Assembly: GCA_040290255.1 (NCBI GenBank)
Contig: PSMU01000002.1
Span: forward strand, 128,001 to 192,000
Direction: 5' to 3'
DNA from: Nitrososphaerota archaeon
GTDB taxonomy: Archaea > Thermoproteota > Nitrososphaeria > PSMU01
Length of the DNA stretch: 64,000 nucleotides
This document shows positions 1 to 9,171 of the stretch, piece after piece. The position numbers were made by a program, and so were the translations under genes. The number at the start of each line of letters is the position of its first letter. Within the stretch, counting starts at the first letter, position 1. Below the pieces are notes generated by a model. It worked only from the letters and a program-made list of their open reading frames with translations, searched no databases and was not told where the DNA came from.

Positions 1-1
1 C

Positions 2-718
2 GGAGTGGACAGCTCGGTTACGGCCGCGCTCGCGGCGAGGGCCCTGGGGCGGGCTAACGTAAGGGCCCTCATCCTCCCGGAGAGGGGCGTCACGCCGCCG
101 CAGGACGTCGAGGATGCCCGCGCAGTGGCCCGTAGCCTGGGCCTCGACGCCCGGGAGATAGAGATAAGCCCGGTGCTGCGCTCCTTCCGCCGCCTACTGA
201 CCTTCCTGTCCGAGGACGAGATGAGCATGGCGAACCTGAAGGCTAGGGTGAGGATGGCGATGCTGTATGCCCTGGCCAACCATCTGGGCAGCGCCGTGGT
301 GCTGGGCACGGGCGACAAGTCCGAGTTGCTCCTCGGCTACTTTACAAAGTACGGTGACGGCGGCGTAGACCTGCTGCCCATTGGGGACCTCTACAAGACC
401 CAGGTGAGGTACTTGGCCTGGAAGCTTAACCTGCCCGAGCGCATCTGGAGGAAGGAGCCCTCGCCTACGCTCATCAAGGGCTTGACGGCCAAGGATGAGC
501 TTGGCGCCCCCTACGAGGTCATAGACAGGGTCCTCTACTACAGGGTGGAAGTAAGGTATCCCGAGGAGGAAGTGGTCCGAAGGCTCGGCCTCTCGGCGCA
601 ACTGGTCAGAAGGATCTGCGCCAGGATCTACTCCAGCCATCATAAGAGAAAGCCGCCGCCCATCTGCAAGCTGGGCCCTGCCACCATCAACTGGGACTGG
701 CGCATGCCGATTGAGTGA
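2..718 (+). CDS. nadE: NH3-dependent NAD+ synthetase (5'-truncated by window edge)
   Basis: Frame reads GVDSS at the window start, then NLKARVRM, GTGDKSE and GYFTKYGDGGVD motifs. Confidence 0.93.
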   Translation, partial: GVDSSVTAALAARALGRANVRALILPERGVTPPQDVEDARAVARSLGLDAREIEISPVLRSFRRLLTFLSEDEMSMANLKARVRMAMLYALANHLGSAVVLGTGDKSELLLGYFTKYGDGGVDLLPIGDLYKTQVRYLAWKLNLPERIWRKEPSPTLIKGLTAKDELGAPYEVIDRVLYYRVEVRYPEEEVVRRLGLSAQLVRRICARIYSSHHKRKPPPICKLGPATINWDWRMPIE

Positions 719-798
719 TATGATTGTAGCCTATTCAGGGCGCGCTCGTCACGAATTTTAGGCTTTCATGCGGAGCGCGTAACAATCGGCTAGGAATC

Positions 799-806
799 TT
801 TTTAAG
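799..806 (+). promoter_or_regulatory. Probable TATA box of the glutamate-synthase-like operon
   Basis: TTTTTAAG lies about 24-30 nt upstream of the TTG start at 830, the usual spacing for a leaderless archaeal gene. Confidence 0.55.
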
Positions 807-829
807 CCCTGGCCAGCCGGCGGCAGAGG

Positions 830-2242
830 TTGGCCGGCGGGAGCTGGAGGGTCGAACTACCGGTGCGAGAGGCGCCCGCCCTTTATCCGCTGCCACCCAA
901 GTATAGGGTCAAGGTGCGGAAGCTCAAGCTGCTGGCCCTCTTGATCAGGGAGGCGCTTCACTATAGATTCAACCGAAGGGTCGTCCTGAGCCGGCCCTGC
1001 ATATACGGCGTGTTCAGCGGCAGGCTGGGCGGCTTTAGGCCGCGCCACGATAAGTGCGTGGCCTGCATGAGGTGCAAGCAAGAGTATCCTCACGTGATAG
1101 AGGATATCGCCCCGGATCCCGAATTCCTAAGGCTGGGGGACTCTTACCTTACGCCGGAGATCATCTGGACGATAAACAGGGAGGCCACCACGGGGGGCGA
1201 TATCACCAGGGGCATGGGCTACAGGGGCCCCTTTAGCGGCCCCGGCTTCGATGCGATCTGGACCGATATGTCCGAGATCGTGAGGCCCACGAGACATGGA
1301 AAGCTCGACGTGGAGTACATTTCCACGCGCGTGGAAATAGGCAGTCTGCCCGTGCACTTGGACGGACAGCTCATTGGCAGTTGGAAGGCAAGGCTCCTAA
1401 GCTGTAACGTTCCCATCCTCTTCGACTGTCCTCCTCCAGGGGCGATGACAGGACAGCTCGTCTCAGCCCTTTGTGAGGCGGCGGAGAGGGCCGGCACCTA
1501 CGCGCTCCTGCCCTGGCCCGCCATGCAGAGGTCTTCTCCTTCCCCGCGGGGCACTAGGGCCTGGCCCTGCGTTTCCGCTCGAGAGGAGCTACCCCAGGCC
1601 AGGGCGCAGGCGCTGGAGCTGATGCCCCGCGCGGCCGGCCTTCTGCCTGAGCTGCGGCCGGAGTTTGACGGCCTGCTCGTTCAGCGGCTGCCCTTTTCGG
1701 AGGGCTTCGAGCGGGCCATGCTGGAGGCCGTAGAGCACGGCGCGGACGCGATACACCTGTGCGCGGATTATCACGGTCGAGGGCTCGGGGCCCTCTCGGA
1801 TAGGCCGGTGAGCGAGCTGATAAGGAGGGCGCATCTAAGGCTGGTGGAGGCCAACATAAGAGATAGGGCCACTCTGATCGTGAGCGGAGGCATTGTGAGG
1901 GCCGAGCACGTCATTAAAGCCATCCTTCTGGGAGCGGATCTGGTGGCCATAGATACCGCTGCCCTGGCGGCACTGCAGCTGTATCCCATTGGGGAAGCCA
2001 GAAAGCCCGACGAGGCTACCTTCAGGAGGAGAAGCTTTCCCGAGGAGTGGGGGGCCCAGAGGCTCACCAACCTGCTGAACTCCTGGAGGGAGCAGATGAT
2101 CGAGATCATGAGCGCCATGGGCATAAGAGACGTGCGCAGGCTCAGGGGCGAGGTCGGAAGGGCCATGTTCAATGAGCTCGAGGAGGAGTTCCTGAAGAAG
2201 TACATAGGAGGTGAGCTAGATGCAGAAGGTATCGCCCCCTGA
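830..2242 (+). CDS. Glutamate synthase FMN-domain paralogue with N-terminal Fe-S motif
   Basis: CIYGV...CVACMRCKQEYP ferredoxin-like motif; FDAIWTDMSEIVRPTR; C-terminal LIVSGGI..EHVIKAILLGAD and EIMSAMGI resemble the GltB FMN barrel. Confidence 0.8.
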   Translation: MAGGSWRVELPVREAPALYPLPPKYRVKVRKLKLLALLIREALHYRFNRRVVLSRPCIYGVFSGRLGGFRPRHDKCVACMRCKQEYPHVIEDIAPDPEFLRLGDSYLTPEIIWTINREATTGGDITRGMGYRGPFSGPGFDAIWTDMSEIVRPTRHGKLDVEYISTRVEIGSLPVHLDGQLIGSWKARLLSCNVPILFDCPPPGAMTGQLVSALCEAAERAGTYALLPWPAMQRSSPSPRGTRAWPCVSAREELPQARAQALELMPRAAGLLPELRPEFDGLLVQRLPFSEGFERAMLEAVEHGADAIHLCADYHGRGLGALSDRPVSELIRRAHLRLVEANIRDRATLIVSGGIVRAEHVIKAILLGADLVAIDTAALAALQLYPIGEARKPDEATFRRRSFPEEWGAQRLTNLLNSWREQMIEIMSAMGIRDVRRLRGEVGRAMFNELEEEFLKKYIGGELDAEGIAP

Positions 2243-3515
2243 GCTCGCCATAGCCAAGCACGCGGGCAACATAGCAAGGGGCCTTGAGCTCCTGCCCACG
2301 CTGAAGTATGGCGTGCCCAGCGCCCTGGGCAACAGCCGCTGGACGGCCGAGCTGCTGCTGGCCACGTGGTACCAGGGCACCCATGCGAGGCCTCCTCCTC
2401 ATCTTGAGTACCGCGTCGGGGCCTCAGGAGGGGGGTTTGACCGGCTTGACTTTCGCTGGCTGCCCGAGAGCGAGTGGCTGCCCGAGGACTACGAATTCGA
2501 CCTCTCCATAAAGCTCAACAAGAGGAACGATGGGTTGCCGGAGCGCATCATACCCATACCCGTCTACGGCGCGGGCATGTCCTTCGGCTCCGTCAGCCTG
2601 AACGTGATGCTGGCGAGGGCGATGGCGGCGCAGGAGCTTGGCACATACACGTGCACGGGGGAAGGCGGATACCCCGAGCCGCTCATGCGCTATAAGGATC
2701 ACGTAATCACGCAGGTCTCGACTGGATACTTTGGCGTCAACGAGGAGACGATGAAGATAGCCCCCATCATCGAGCTGAAGTATGCGCAGGGCGCGAAGCC
2801 AGGCCTCGGCGGCCATCTCTTGGCCGATAAAAATACGACGGAGGTCTCGAAGCTCCGGGAGGCCGTGCCCTGGGTGAGCCTCTTTCAGCCCTTCCCCTTC
2901 CATAGCGTGTACTGCGTTGAGGATCATAGGAAGCACGTGCATTGGGTGAAGCAGGTGAACCGCAGGGCCCTCGTCTCCGTAAAGGTCTCGACGCCCACGG
3001 ACGTGGATATGGTGGCCATAGGCATCTACTATGCCGATGCGCATATCGTGCACATAGATGGAGGCTACGGCGGCACCGGTGCCTCGCCGGAGATAGCTAA
3101 GAAGAACATAGCGCTGCCCATCGAGTATGCTATACCGCGGGTCCACAGGTACCTGGTACAGGAGGGGGTCAGGGATAGGATAACGCTGATGGCCAGCGGC
3201 GGCATAAGGACGGCCTATGACGTAGCCAAGGCGATCGCGCTCGGGGCCGATGGCTGCATCATAGGCAGCGCGGAGCTGGTGGCCGGGTTTGGCTGCACGC
3301 AGTGCGGCAACTGCGAAAGGGGAAGGGGATGCCAGATAGGCATCACGACGACGGACCCGGAGCTCAGCCGCCTGGTGGACCCCGCGTGGGCCGCCCGAAG
3401 GATAGTGAACCTGTACAGGTCCTGGGCGCTGCAGTGGCGCGAAATCCTGAGGAGGCTGGGGCTCAGGAGCATCAGGGAGCTCAGGGGAAGGAAGGACCTT
3501 CTCGTCTACAGGTGA
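2220..3515 (+). CDS. Glutamate synthase FMN-binding subunit (GltB2-like)
   Basis: GMSFGSVS, TGEGG, QVSTGYFGV, ELKYAQGAKPGLGGHL, DGGYGGTGA and SGGIRTAYDVAKAIALGAD motifs; Cys cluster CTQCGNCERGRGC. Confidence 0.9.
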   Translation: MQKVSPPELAIAKHAGNIARGLELLPTLKYGVPSALGNSRWTAELLLATWYQGTHARPPPHLEYRVGASGGGFDRLDFRWLPESEWLPEDYEFDLSIKLNKRNDGLPERIIPIPVYGAGMSFGSVSLNVMLARAMAAQELGTYTCTGEGGYPEPLMRYKDHVITQVSTGYFGVNEETMKIAPIIELKYAQGAKPGLGGHLLADKNTTEVSKLREAVPWVSLFQPFPFHSVYCVEDHRKHVHWVKQVNRRALVSVKVSTPTDVDMVAIGIYYADAHIVHIDGGYGGTGASPEIAKKNIALPIEYAIPRVHRYLVQEGVRDRITLMASGGIRTAYDVAKAIALGADGCIIGSAELVAGFGCTQCGNCERGRGCQIGITTTDPELSRLVDPAWAARRIVNLYRSWALQWREILRRLGLRSIRELRGRKDLLVYR

Positions 3516-3519
3516 GGGC

Positions 3520-4899
3520 ATGATCCCTGGAGCCGTGGAAAGACTGCTGGCCGCCAGGAGGGGGCTAATGCCCCCCTCTTCGATGGCCGATTACCGAGCG
3601 GCCAGGAAGCTGGAGGCCGAGGGGGGCTGTGGGGTAGTTGGCTTCGCATCCACCAAGCCCCTGGAGGGCAGATACCTCTACAGGGCCCTGCACCAGATGA
3701 GAAATAGGGGCAACGGCAAGGGCGGCGGCATCGCGGCCGCGGGCCTGCTGCCCGAGGCCCTGGGCGTGGAGAGAAGGCTTATCGAGGAGGATTACATCCT
3801 TCAGGTCGCCTACCTGCGCGAGGAGGTTAGGGAGCGGGTGGAGGGCCTCGTCGCCTGTAGGTATGAGGTGGACCATGTGGAGAGGGTGAAGGAGGCTAAG
3901 CACTACACGGAGCTGGGGCTTGAAGTGAGGCCTCCTGCAGTTTATCGGTATTATGTGAGGCCAAGGCAGGAGGAGCTTGAGCGCTTCGTGCAGGGCGCGG
4001 GCTTATACGAGCTGGAGCAGGATTACTGCTCGGATGAATTCGCCTACAGGACCTCGGTGGAGCTCAACAGAAGGTTCTATCATGAACTTCCTCCGTCCGA
4101 GAAGGCGGCCTTCGTGCTCAGCACGGGCAAGAACCTGCTCGTTTTCAAGCTCGTGGGCTATGGGCATCAGGTGGTGCAGTACTACGGCCTGGACCACTTC
4201 CCGGCACATGTATGGATAGGCCACCACCGGTATCCCACCAAGGGGCGCATCTGGCACCCCGGAGGTGCACACCCCTTCGTGGGCGTCCACGACGCGCTCG
4301 TGCACAACGGCGACTTCGCCAATTACCACGCCATTACCGAATATCTTAGGCAGAGGGGCTATGCGCCGCTCTTTCATACGGACACGGAGGTGGCCATGCT
4401 GCTCTTTGACCTCTGGAGCAGGGTCTACCGCCTGCCGCTCGAATACGTGCTGGAGGCGATGGCGCCCACGTCGGAGAGGGACTTCCTGATGCTGCCCCCC
4501 GAAAGGCGCGCCGTCTATAGGCTTCTTCAGTACGCGACCATACATGGCTCCCCCGATGGCCCCTGGTTCTTCATCATAGCCAGAAGCCTGCCCAGGCAGC
4601 GCCAGGTGCAGCTGCTGGGCATCACGGACACCTCCATGCTCAGGCCCCAGGTCTTCGCCCTGCTGGAGGATACGCTCAGCCTGGGCCTTATTGCCTCCGA
4701 AAAGCAGGCGATAGATGCCACGCTCTCCTCACTGCACGAGGACGCTAGAATAGCCAGCGCCGTGGCCGATGCCTATTGGTTTGCCCGCGGCGGCAGCCAT
4801 ACGGATGGAGGGGCCTTCGTCTTCTCCGTGGACCTGTCCTCACAGCCCGCCAGGCTGAGCTGTCGGAATAAGTTCGGCGAGGAGATAAGGGCGGGCTAG
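3520..4899 (+). CDS. Glutamate synthase class II glutamine amidotransferase subunit (GltB1-like)
   Basis: EGG|CGVVG (Ntn Cys after a propeptide), RGNGKGGG, GHHRYPT, AHPF, HNGDFANY, TDTEV and LRPQ motifs. Confidence 0.88.
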   Translation: MIPGAVERLLAARRGLMPPSSMADYRAARKLEAEGGCGVVGFASTKPLEGRYLYRALHQMRNRGNGKGGGIAAAGLLPEALGVERRLIEEDYILQVAYLREEVRERVEGLVACRYEVDHVERVKEAKHYTELGLEVRPPAVYRYYVRPRQEELERFVQGAGLYELEQDYCSDEFAYRTSVELNRRFYHELPPSEKAAFVLSTGKNLLVFKLVGYGHQVVQYYGLDHFPAHVWIGHHRYPTKGRIWHPGGAHPFVGVHDALVHNGDFANYHAITEYLRQRGYAPLFHTDTEVAMLLFDLWSRVYRLPLEYVLEAMAPTSERDFLMLPPERRAVYRLLQYATIHGSPDGPWFFIIARSLPRQRQVQLLGITDTSMLRPQVFALLEDTLSLGLIASEKQAIDATLSSLHEDARIASAVADAYWFARGGSHTDGGAFVFSVDLSSQPARLSCRNKFGEEIRAG

Positions 4900-4900
4900 C

Positions 4901-6064
4901 ATGGAACTCTCCGCGCGGGAGGCGAGGCGGCTCGCCTCCAGCCCCATGGCCGGGTTTGATACGCTGAAGACGGCGCTGGGGCAGATGGATGAAGGAGAGC
5001 TGGAGCATCTGCTGCGCGCGCTTTCCTCGCTCTTTAGGGAAGGGCAGCTTGAGAGGGAGGTGATAGAGCTCATGGGCCTGCTTCATGATATGCGCTATGC
5101 CTCTCCGATAAAGAGGAGCAGGAGGGTGACCATGATCAGGGAAGCGCTCTATTCCCTCCTCTCCTTCAGAAGGGAGGTCCCCAGCGCGGCCTACATTACG
5201 ATAAAGAAGGGGGATGCCCTGCCCTCGCCCGAGGGAGGGGCGCGCACGCTCTGCATAAACGCGGAAGCCTACCCCTCGGAGGGGATCGACTCGCTGGCCA
5301 GCGAGGTGGTAAGGGCCTATGTGGCGGGATGGAGGAGCCTGCTCCTCTATGATGTGAGGGGCCAGAGGTTCATAGGCTCGGGCCTGGGCAAGGGCTCACA
5401 CGGCCTCGTGCTGCACGTCTACGGCAGCCCCGGCGACTATCTGGCTTCGGGCCTCTGGGGGGCCCGCATAATATGCCACGACAGCGCGCAGGATCAGGTG
5501 GCGAACATCATGAAGGACGGCGAGCTCATCGTGTACGGCGATGCGGGCCAGGCGCTGCTTTACGCGGCCAAGGGAGGGGAGGTTTACATCATGGGCAAGG
5601 TCGCGGGCCGGCCCTACATCTTCACCGTCGGAAGCCCCAGGCTGATCATAAACGAAACCGCGCTCGACTATCTTGGCGAGCAGTGCATGGCGGGCGACGC
5701 GCTGAATGGCGGTGGGTTCGTCATCGTGAACGGCGTGGAGCTAGCGCAGGACGGCAGCCTACGGGAGCTGGAGGAACCCTATCCTGGCTCCAACCTCTTC
5801 TCCCTCGCTTCGGGCGGCGCGGTCTACATCAGGGACCCCTATCGGCGCGTGGGCCAGGACCAGCTGAACGAGGGCATCATCACGGAGCTCAGGGCCCAGG
5901 ACTGGGAGATGATCTTGCCCTACCTGCGAAGGAATGAGAAGCTCTTCGGGATAAGCCTTGACGCCCTGCTGATGGTGGATGGCAGGGAGAGAAGCTATCG
6001 GGAGGTCTACATCAAGGTGATGCCTAACCCCAAGTCGGAAAAGCTCAAGGCCACTAGGCACTAG
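4901..6064 (+). CDS. Glutamate synthase GXGXG beta-helix subunit (GltB3-like)
   Basis: GQRFIGSGL, GSPGDYLASG, YGDAGQ..YAAKGG and SLASGGAVYIRDP repeats. Confidence 0.85.
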   Translation: MELSAREARRLASSPMAGFDTLKTALGQMDEGELEHLLRALSSLFREGQLEREVIELMGLLHDMRYASPIKRSRRVTMIREALYSLLSFRREVPSAAYITIKKGDALPSPEGGARTLCINAEAYPSEGIDSLASEVVRAYVAGWRSLLLYDVRGQRFIGSGLGKGSHGLVLHVYGSPGDYLASGLWGARIICHDSAQDQVANIMKDGELIVYGDAGQALLYAAKGGEVYIMGKVAGRPYIFTVGSPRLIINETALDYLGEQCMAGDALNGGGFVIVNGVELAQDGSLRELEEPYPGSNLFSLASGGAVYIRDPYRRVGQDQLNEGIITELRAQDWEMILPYLRRNEKLFGISLDALLMVDGRERSYREVYIKVMPNPKSEKLKATRH

Positions 6065-6086
6065 CCAGGCCTTCCCATCCCTCGGC

Positions 6087-6458
6087 CTAGCGCAGGATGG
6101 CGAAGAGAAGGGCCCAGAGGGTGGCCACGGCGGCGGCGCTGATGGCAAAGGCCCAGAGCGCAGCCCTTCTTTGGTCCACCTGCACCGCGGCCGCGGGGGT
6201 CGAGGCGGGCGTGGGCTGAGGCACGGGAGAGGGAGGAGTAGCCACCTGTCCGCCGTTGCCGCCGTCGTGCTCCGCGGGGGCCCGCGCGCCCTCCTGCTGG
6301 GGTCCCTCGTGCACTCTACCCCCTCCGTTGCCCGAGTAGTTCTTCAGCAGCTCCTGCAGGGCCTGGTCGATGGTCATGCCCCTTTCCTGGGCGAACCTGA
6401 GCACCTGCTCCTTTGTCTGTACCTTCACGTAGAGGGAGGACCTATCCCTGGTTGGCAC
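6087..6458 (-). CDS. Hypothetical protein: N-terminal ribbon-helix-helix-like domain, low-complexity linker, C-terminal TM anchor
   Basis: GTG at 6458 lies about 25 nt below CATATAAG. SLYVKVQTKEQVLRFAQERGMTIDQALQELL fits a beta-alpha-alpha pattern, followed by a G/P/A-rich linker and a hydrophobic C-terminus. Confidence 0.6.
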   Translation of the reverse strand: MPTRDRSSLYVKVQTKEQVLRFAQERGMTIDQALQELLKNYSGNGGGRVHEGPQQEGARAPAEHDGGNGGQVATPPSPVPQPTPASTPAAAVQVDQRRAALWAFAISAAAVATLWALLFAILR

Positions 6459-6597
6459 GTTCCTTTGTGGATGTATGCGCTTATATGGGCCCAAGGCCAG
6501 GCCAGCTGAGCAAACGGTCTAAGCCGCTAGAGCTTCGTGCGTCCCGTGGGCCGGGAGAGGTTATTTAATAGTGCCGCCAAGCAAGCCATGGGGCGAG

Positions 6598-7953
6598 ATG
6601 GAGCTAGGGGAGCTGCGCCGCAGCTTTGAGGAAAGCTTCGCCAAGGACCTCAGGGAGTTTTGCTCTTATCCCACCATATCGGCCGAGGGGAGGGGTCTCG
6701 AGGAGTGCGCCGCCTATCTTAAGGATAGGTTCGCACGCGCGGGCTTCTCCTCCCGGCTGCTCAGGTTAAATGGGGCGCCGCCGCTGGTGCTCGCCGAGGC
6801 CAAGGGGCGCACGGACTTCACGCTGGTCCTCTACAACCACTATGACGTCCAGCCGGTGGACCCGCTGAACGAATGGGCCTCTGATCCCTTCAAGCTCAGG
6901 GAGGAGGGAGGGCGCCTCTATGCCAGGGGCATCGCCGACGATAAGGGGGACCTCATGGCCAGGCTCCATGCAGCTGAGATGGTGATGCGCAGGGGAGAGC
7001 TGCCGTTGACGCTGAGGTTCGTCGTGGAGGGCGAAGAGGAGGTCGGCAGCACCAGGCTCTCGGAATACGTGGCGCGCTACGGCGAGCTCATGAAGGGGGA
7101 CCTCTGCCTCTGGGAGGGGGCCGACATGACGGCGCAGGGCCGGCCCCAGCTCTATTTTGGCGTGAAGGGCCTTCTCTATGTGGAGCTCAGGCTGGAGACG
7201 GCCTCCAAGGACCAACACTCCATGCTTGCGGCCATCTCACCCAATCCCGCCTGGAAGCTGGTATGGCTGCTGGCCCACCTTAAATCCGCCGATGAGCGCG
7301 TTCACCTGCCCGGCTTCTATGATGACGTGGTGCCGCTCACGCCGCAGGAGAGGGAGGCCCTGGCCCAGAACGAATTTGATCCCGAGCAGCTTAGGAGCGA
7401 TATAGGCGCATATTCGCTTTTGCCCTACTCCACGCCGCTCGAGGTGGCCGAGGCCTTCTGCGCCAAGCCCACCTGTAATATCGCGGGGCTCTATTCGGGC
7501 TACATGGGCAAGGGCTCGAAGACCGTGCTGCCCAGGCTCGCGGGGGCCAAGATAGACTTTCGGCTGGTGCCCAACCAGAGGCCCGAGAAGGTCCTTGAGG
7601 CCCTGAAGAGGTACGTCAAGGAGCTCGGCTATGGCGACGTGGAGATAATAGCCCACAACGGGGAGCTCCCCGCGAGGGTGCCCATGGACCATCCCTACGT
7701 GCGCCCGCTCATCGAGGCGGCGGAGCAGGTATATGATAGGAGGCCCAACCTGTGGCCCAGCATGGCGGGCACGGGCCCCATGGCCCTGTTCGTGCACGAG
7801 CTCGGCCTCCCCTCCATAATGGCCCCCAGCGTCTCTTATTCGGGCTCCGGCTATCACGCGCCGAACGAGCACGTGCTCGTGGACCACTATCTGCTGGCCG
7901 TGGCCTACCACATGAAGGTCTTTGAGGGGCTGGGCAGGCTCAGGGGCGCTTAG
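6598..7953 (+). CDS. M20/M25/M40 family metallopeptidase/deacylase
   Basis: YNHYDVQP, ARGIADDKG, EGEEEVGS and HAPNE motifs. Start refined to ATG 6598 below the TTATTTAATA box. Confidence 0.9.
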   Translation: MELGELRRSFEESFAKDLREFCSYPTISAEGRGLEECAAYLKDRFARAGFSSRLLRLNGAPPLVLAEAKGRTDFTLVLYNHYDVQPVDPLNEWASDPFKLREEGGRLYARGIADDKGDLMARLHAAEMVMRRGELPLTLRFVVEGEEEVGSTRLSEYVARYGELMKGDLCLWEGADMTAQGRPQLYFGVKGLLYVELRLETASKDQHSMLAAISPNPAWKLVWLLAHLKSADERVHLPGFYDDVVPLTPQEREALAQNEFDPEQLRSDIGAYSLLPYSTPLEVAEAFCAKPTCNIAGLYSGYMGKGSKTVLPRLAGAKIDFRLVPNQRPEKVLEALKRYVKELGYGDVEIIAHNGELPARVPMDHPYVRPLIEAAEQVYDRRPNLWPSMAGTGPMALFVHELGLPSIMAPSVSYSGSGYHAPNEHVLVDHYLLAVAYHMKVFEGLGRLRGA

Positions 7954-8478
7954 CTAACGCGCCAAGCTCGCGGATACGGCTATGGGCTTCGAAAGGCTAT
8001 AGACGGCGGGGCAGCGCTCCTTTGCTAGGCGCAGGGCCTCGCTCAAATCCCTGCCGTCCTCGGCCTCGGCCTCCACGACGAACTCAACGCCTCGGTTGAT
8101 GGGGGCGTCCTCCAGGCCCAGCACGGGCCTAAAGTCGATCTCGCAGCTCACGTGAACCCTAGCCCTCCTAAGGCGTATGCCCATCTCCGAGCACGTGCCC
8201 ACGAAGGTGCTCAGGAAACAGGAGGCCAGCCCCGCGAGGCAGAGCTGCAGGGGGCCCGGGTGCGTGCCCCTTCCGCCCAGAAAGGCGGGCGACTCCGCCT
8301 CGATGGTGCTGGAGCCCTTCTCGTAGGTCAGGGAGGCCAGGAACTGCGGCGGCTCCTGGGCCTGCACCCTCCATTCGCCCGAGATGCTAAGCCGCTTCAG
8401 CAGCGCCCGAGGGTTTTCCTTCGCCTCCTCCCTGGCCCTCCTCAGCGCCTCAAGGTCCACGTTGTTCACGAGCGCCAT
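7954..8478 (-). CDS. OsmC family protein
   Basis: ESPAFLGGRG..PGPLQLCLAGLASC and ERCPAVYSL motifs. Start refined to ATG 8478, about 25 nt from a TATAAG box. Confidence 0.85.
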   Translation of the reverse strand: MALVNNVDLEALRRAREEAKENPRALLKRLSISGEWRVQAQEPPQFLASLTYEKGSSTIEAESPAFLGGRGTHPGPLQLCLAGLASCFLSTFVGTCSEMGIRLRRARVHVSCEIDFRPVLGLEDAPINRGVEFVVEAEAEDGRDLSEALRLAKERCPAVYSLSKPIAVSASLAR

Positions 8479-8526
8479 GCGGGGCATCGGCATCAGGGCC
8501 TTATAGCGCTTAGGCAGGGGAAGGGC

Positions 8527-9087
8527 GTGGGGCCATGGCACAAAGCTCCCTGGCTGCTCTCCGGCTACGCGGCGGCGCTCGTTTACTGGTCCTTCACGCT
8601 GGCCTCCGTTTTGGCCAACCCCTGGTTTAGCTTCCTCTCCAACGCGCTGAGCGACCTAGGAGGCCCGCTAGCCCAGCGCCCGGAGCTATACAACATGGGG
8701 CTCATCGCCGCGGGGCTCCTGACGGGCCTGTATTCGGTGGCCATCATCTTCTATGGGCGCGGGAAGCTGGAGGCGCTCGGAGGGGCCTACCTCTCGGTGG
8801 CCTCAGCCTTCTTGGCCCTCATAGGCCTCTTTCCCGCGGGCACACGGCCGCACGTCTTCATCTCGACGTACTTCTTCGTGCAGGCCTTCGTGGCGGTGCT
8901 GGTGCTGGCCGTGGCCCTGCTCAGGAGGCGAATGCGGGCGGGCCTCCTGCTGCTCCTGCTCTTCGCCATGGCCTTCGCGGGAGCGCTGGTGCGGTGGCCC
9001 TCCGTGGCGCTCGAGGAGTCTTACGAAATAGTCCTTCTCATCGCCTTCGTGGCTATATATAACCGCGCCGCGGCCTCCCGTCCATGA
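8527..9087 (+). CDS. DUF998-like integral membrane protein
   Basis: NPWFSFLSNALSDLG, YNMGLI, FLALIGLFP..TRPH..IS..FF and several TM helices. GTG 8527 lies about 25 nt below TTATAG; the ORF-track extension upstream is antisense to OsmC. Confidence 0.75.
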   Translation: MGPWHKAPWLLSGYAAALVYWSFTLASVLANPWFSFLSNALSDLGGPLAQRPELYNMGLIAAGLLTGLYSVAIIFYGRGKLEALGGAYLSVASAFLALIGLFPAGTRPHVFISTYFFVQAFVAVLVLAVALLRRRMRAGLLLLLLFAMAFAGALVRWPSVALEESYEIVLLIAFVAIYNRAAASRP

Positions 9088-9171
9088 AGTCAGGTGCAAA
9101 AAGTTTCTATTAGCGAGTATATTTTGTGAGGAGCGCAGGCTTATCAAGGCCCAGGCCGCTTCCTGCGCTAC

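Noticed and set aside
2424-3521. Long antisense ORFs (365 aa here; also 46789-47877 in an alternate + frame, 7237-7911, 35998-36675)
   Set aside because: These are shadow frames of well-supported genes in GC-rich DNA, with no motifs and Arg/Pro/Gly-rich composition.
4897-4903. Possible TAG readthrough (pyrrolysine) fusing the amidotransferase and GXGXG genes
   Set aside because: The downstream gene is in a different frame with its own ATG, and no pyl genes are seen.
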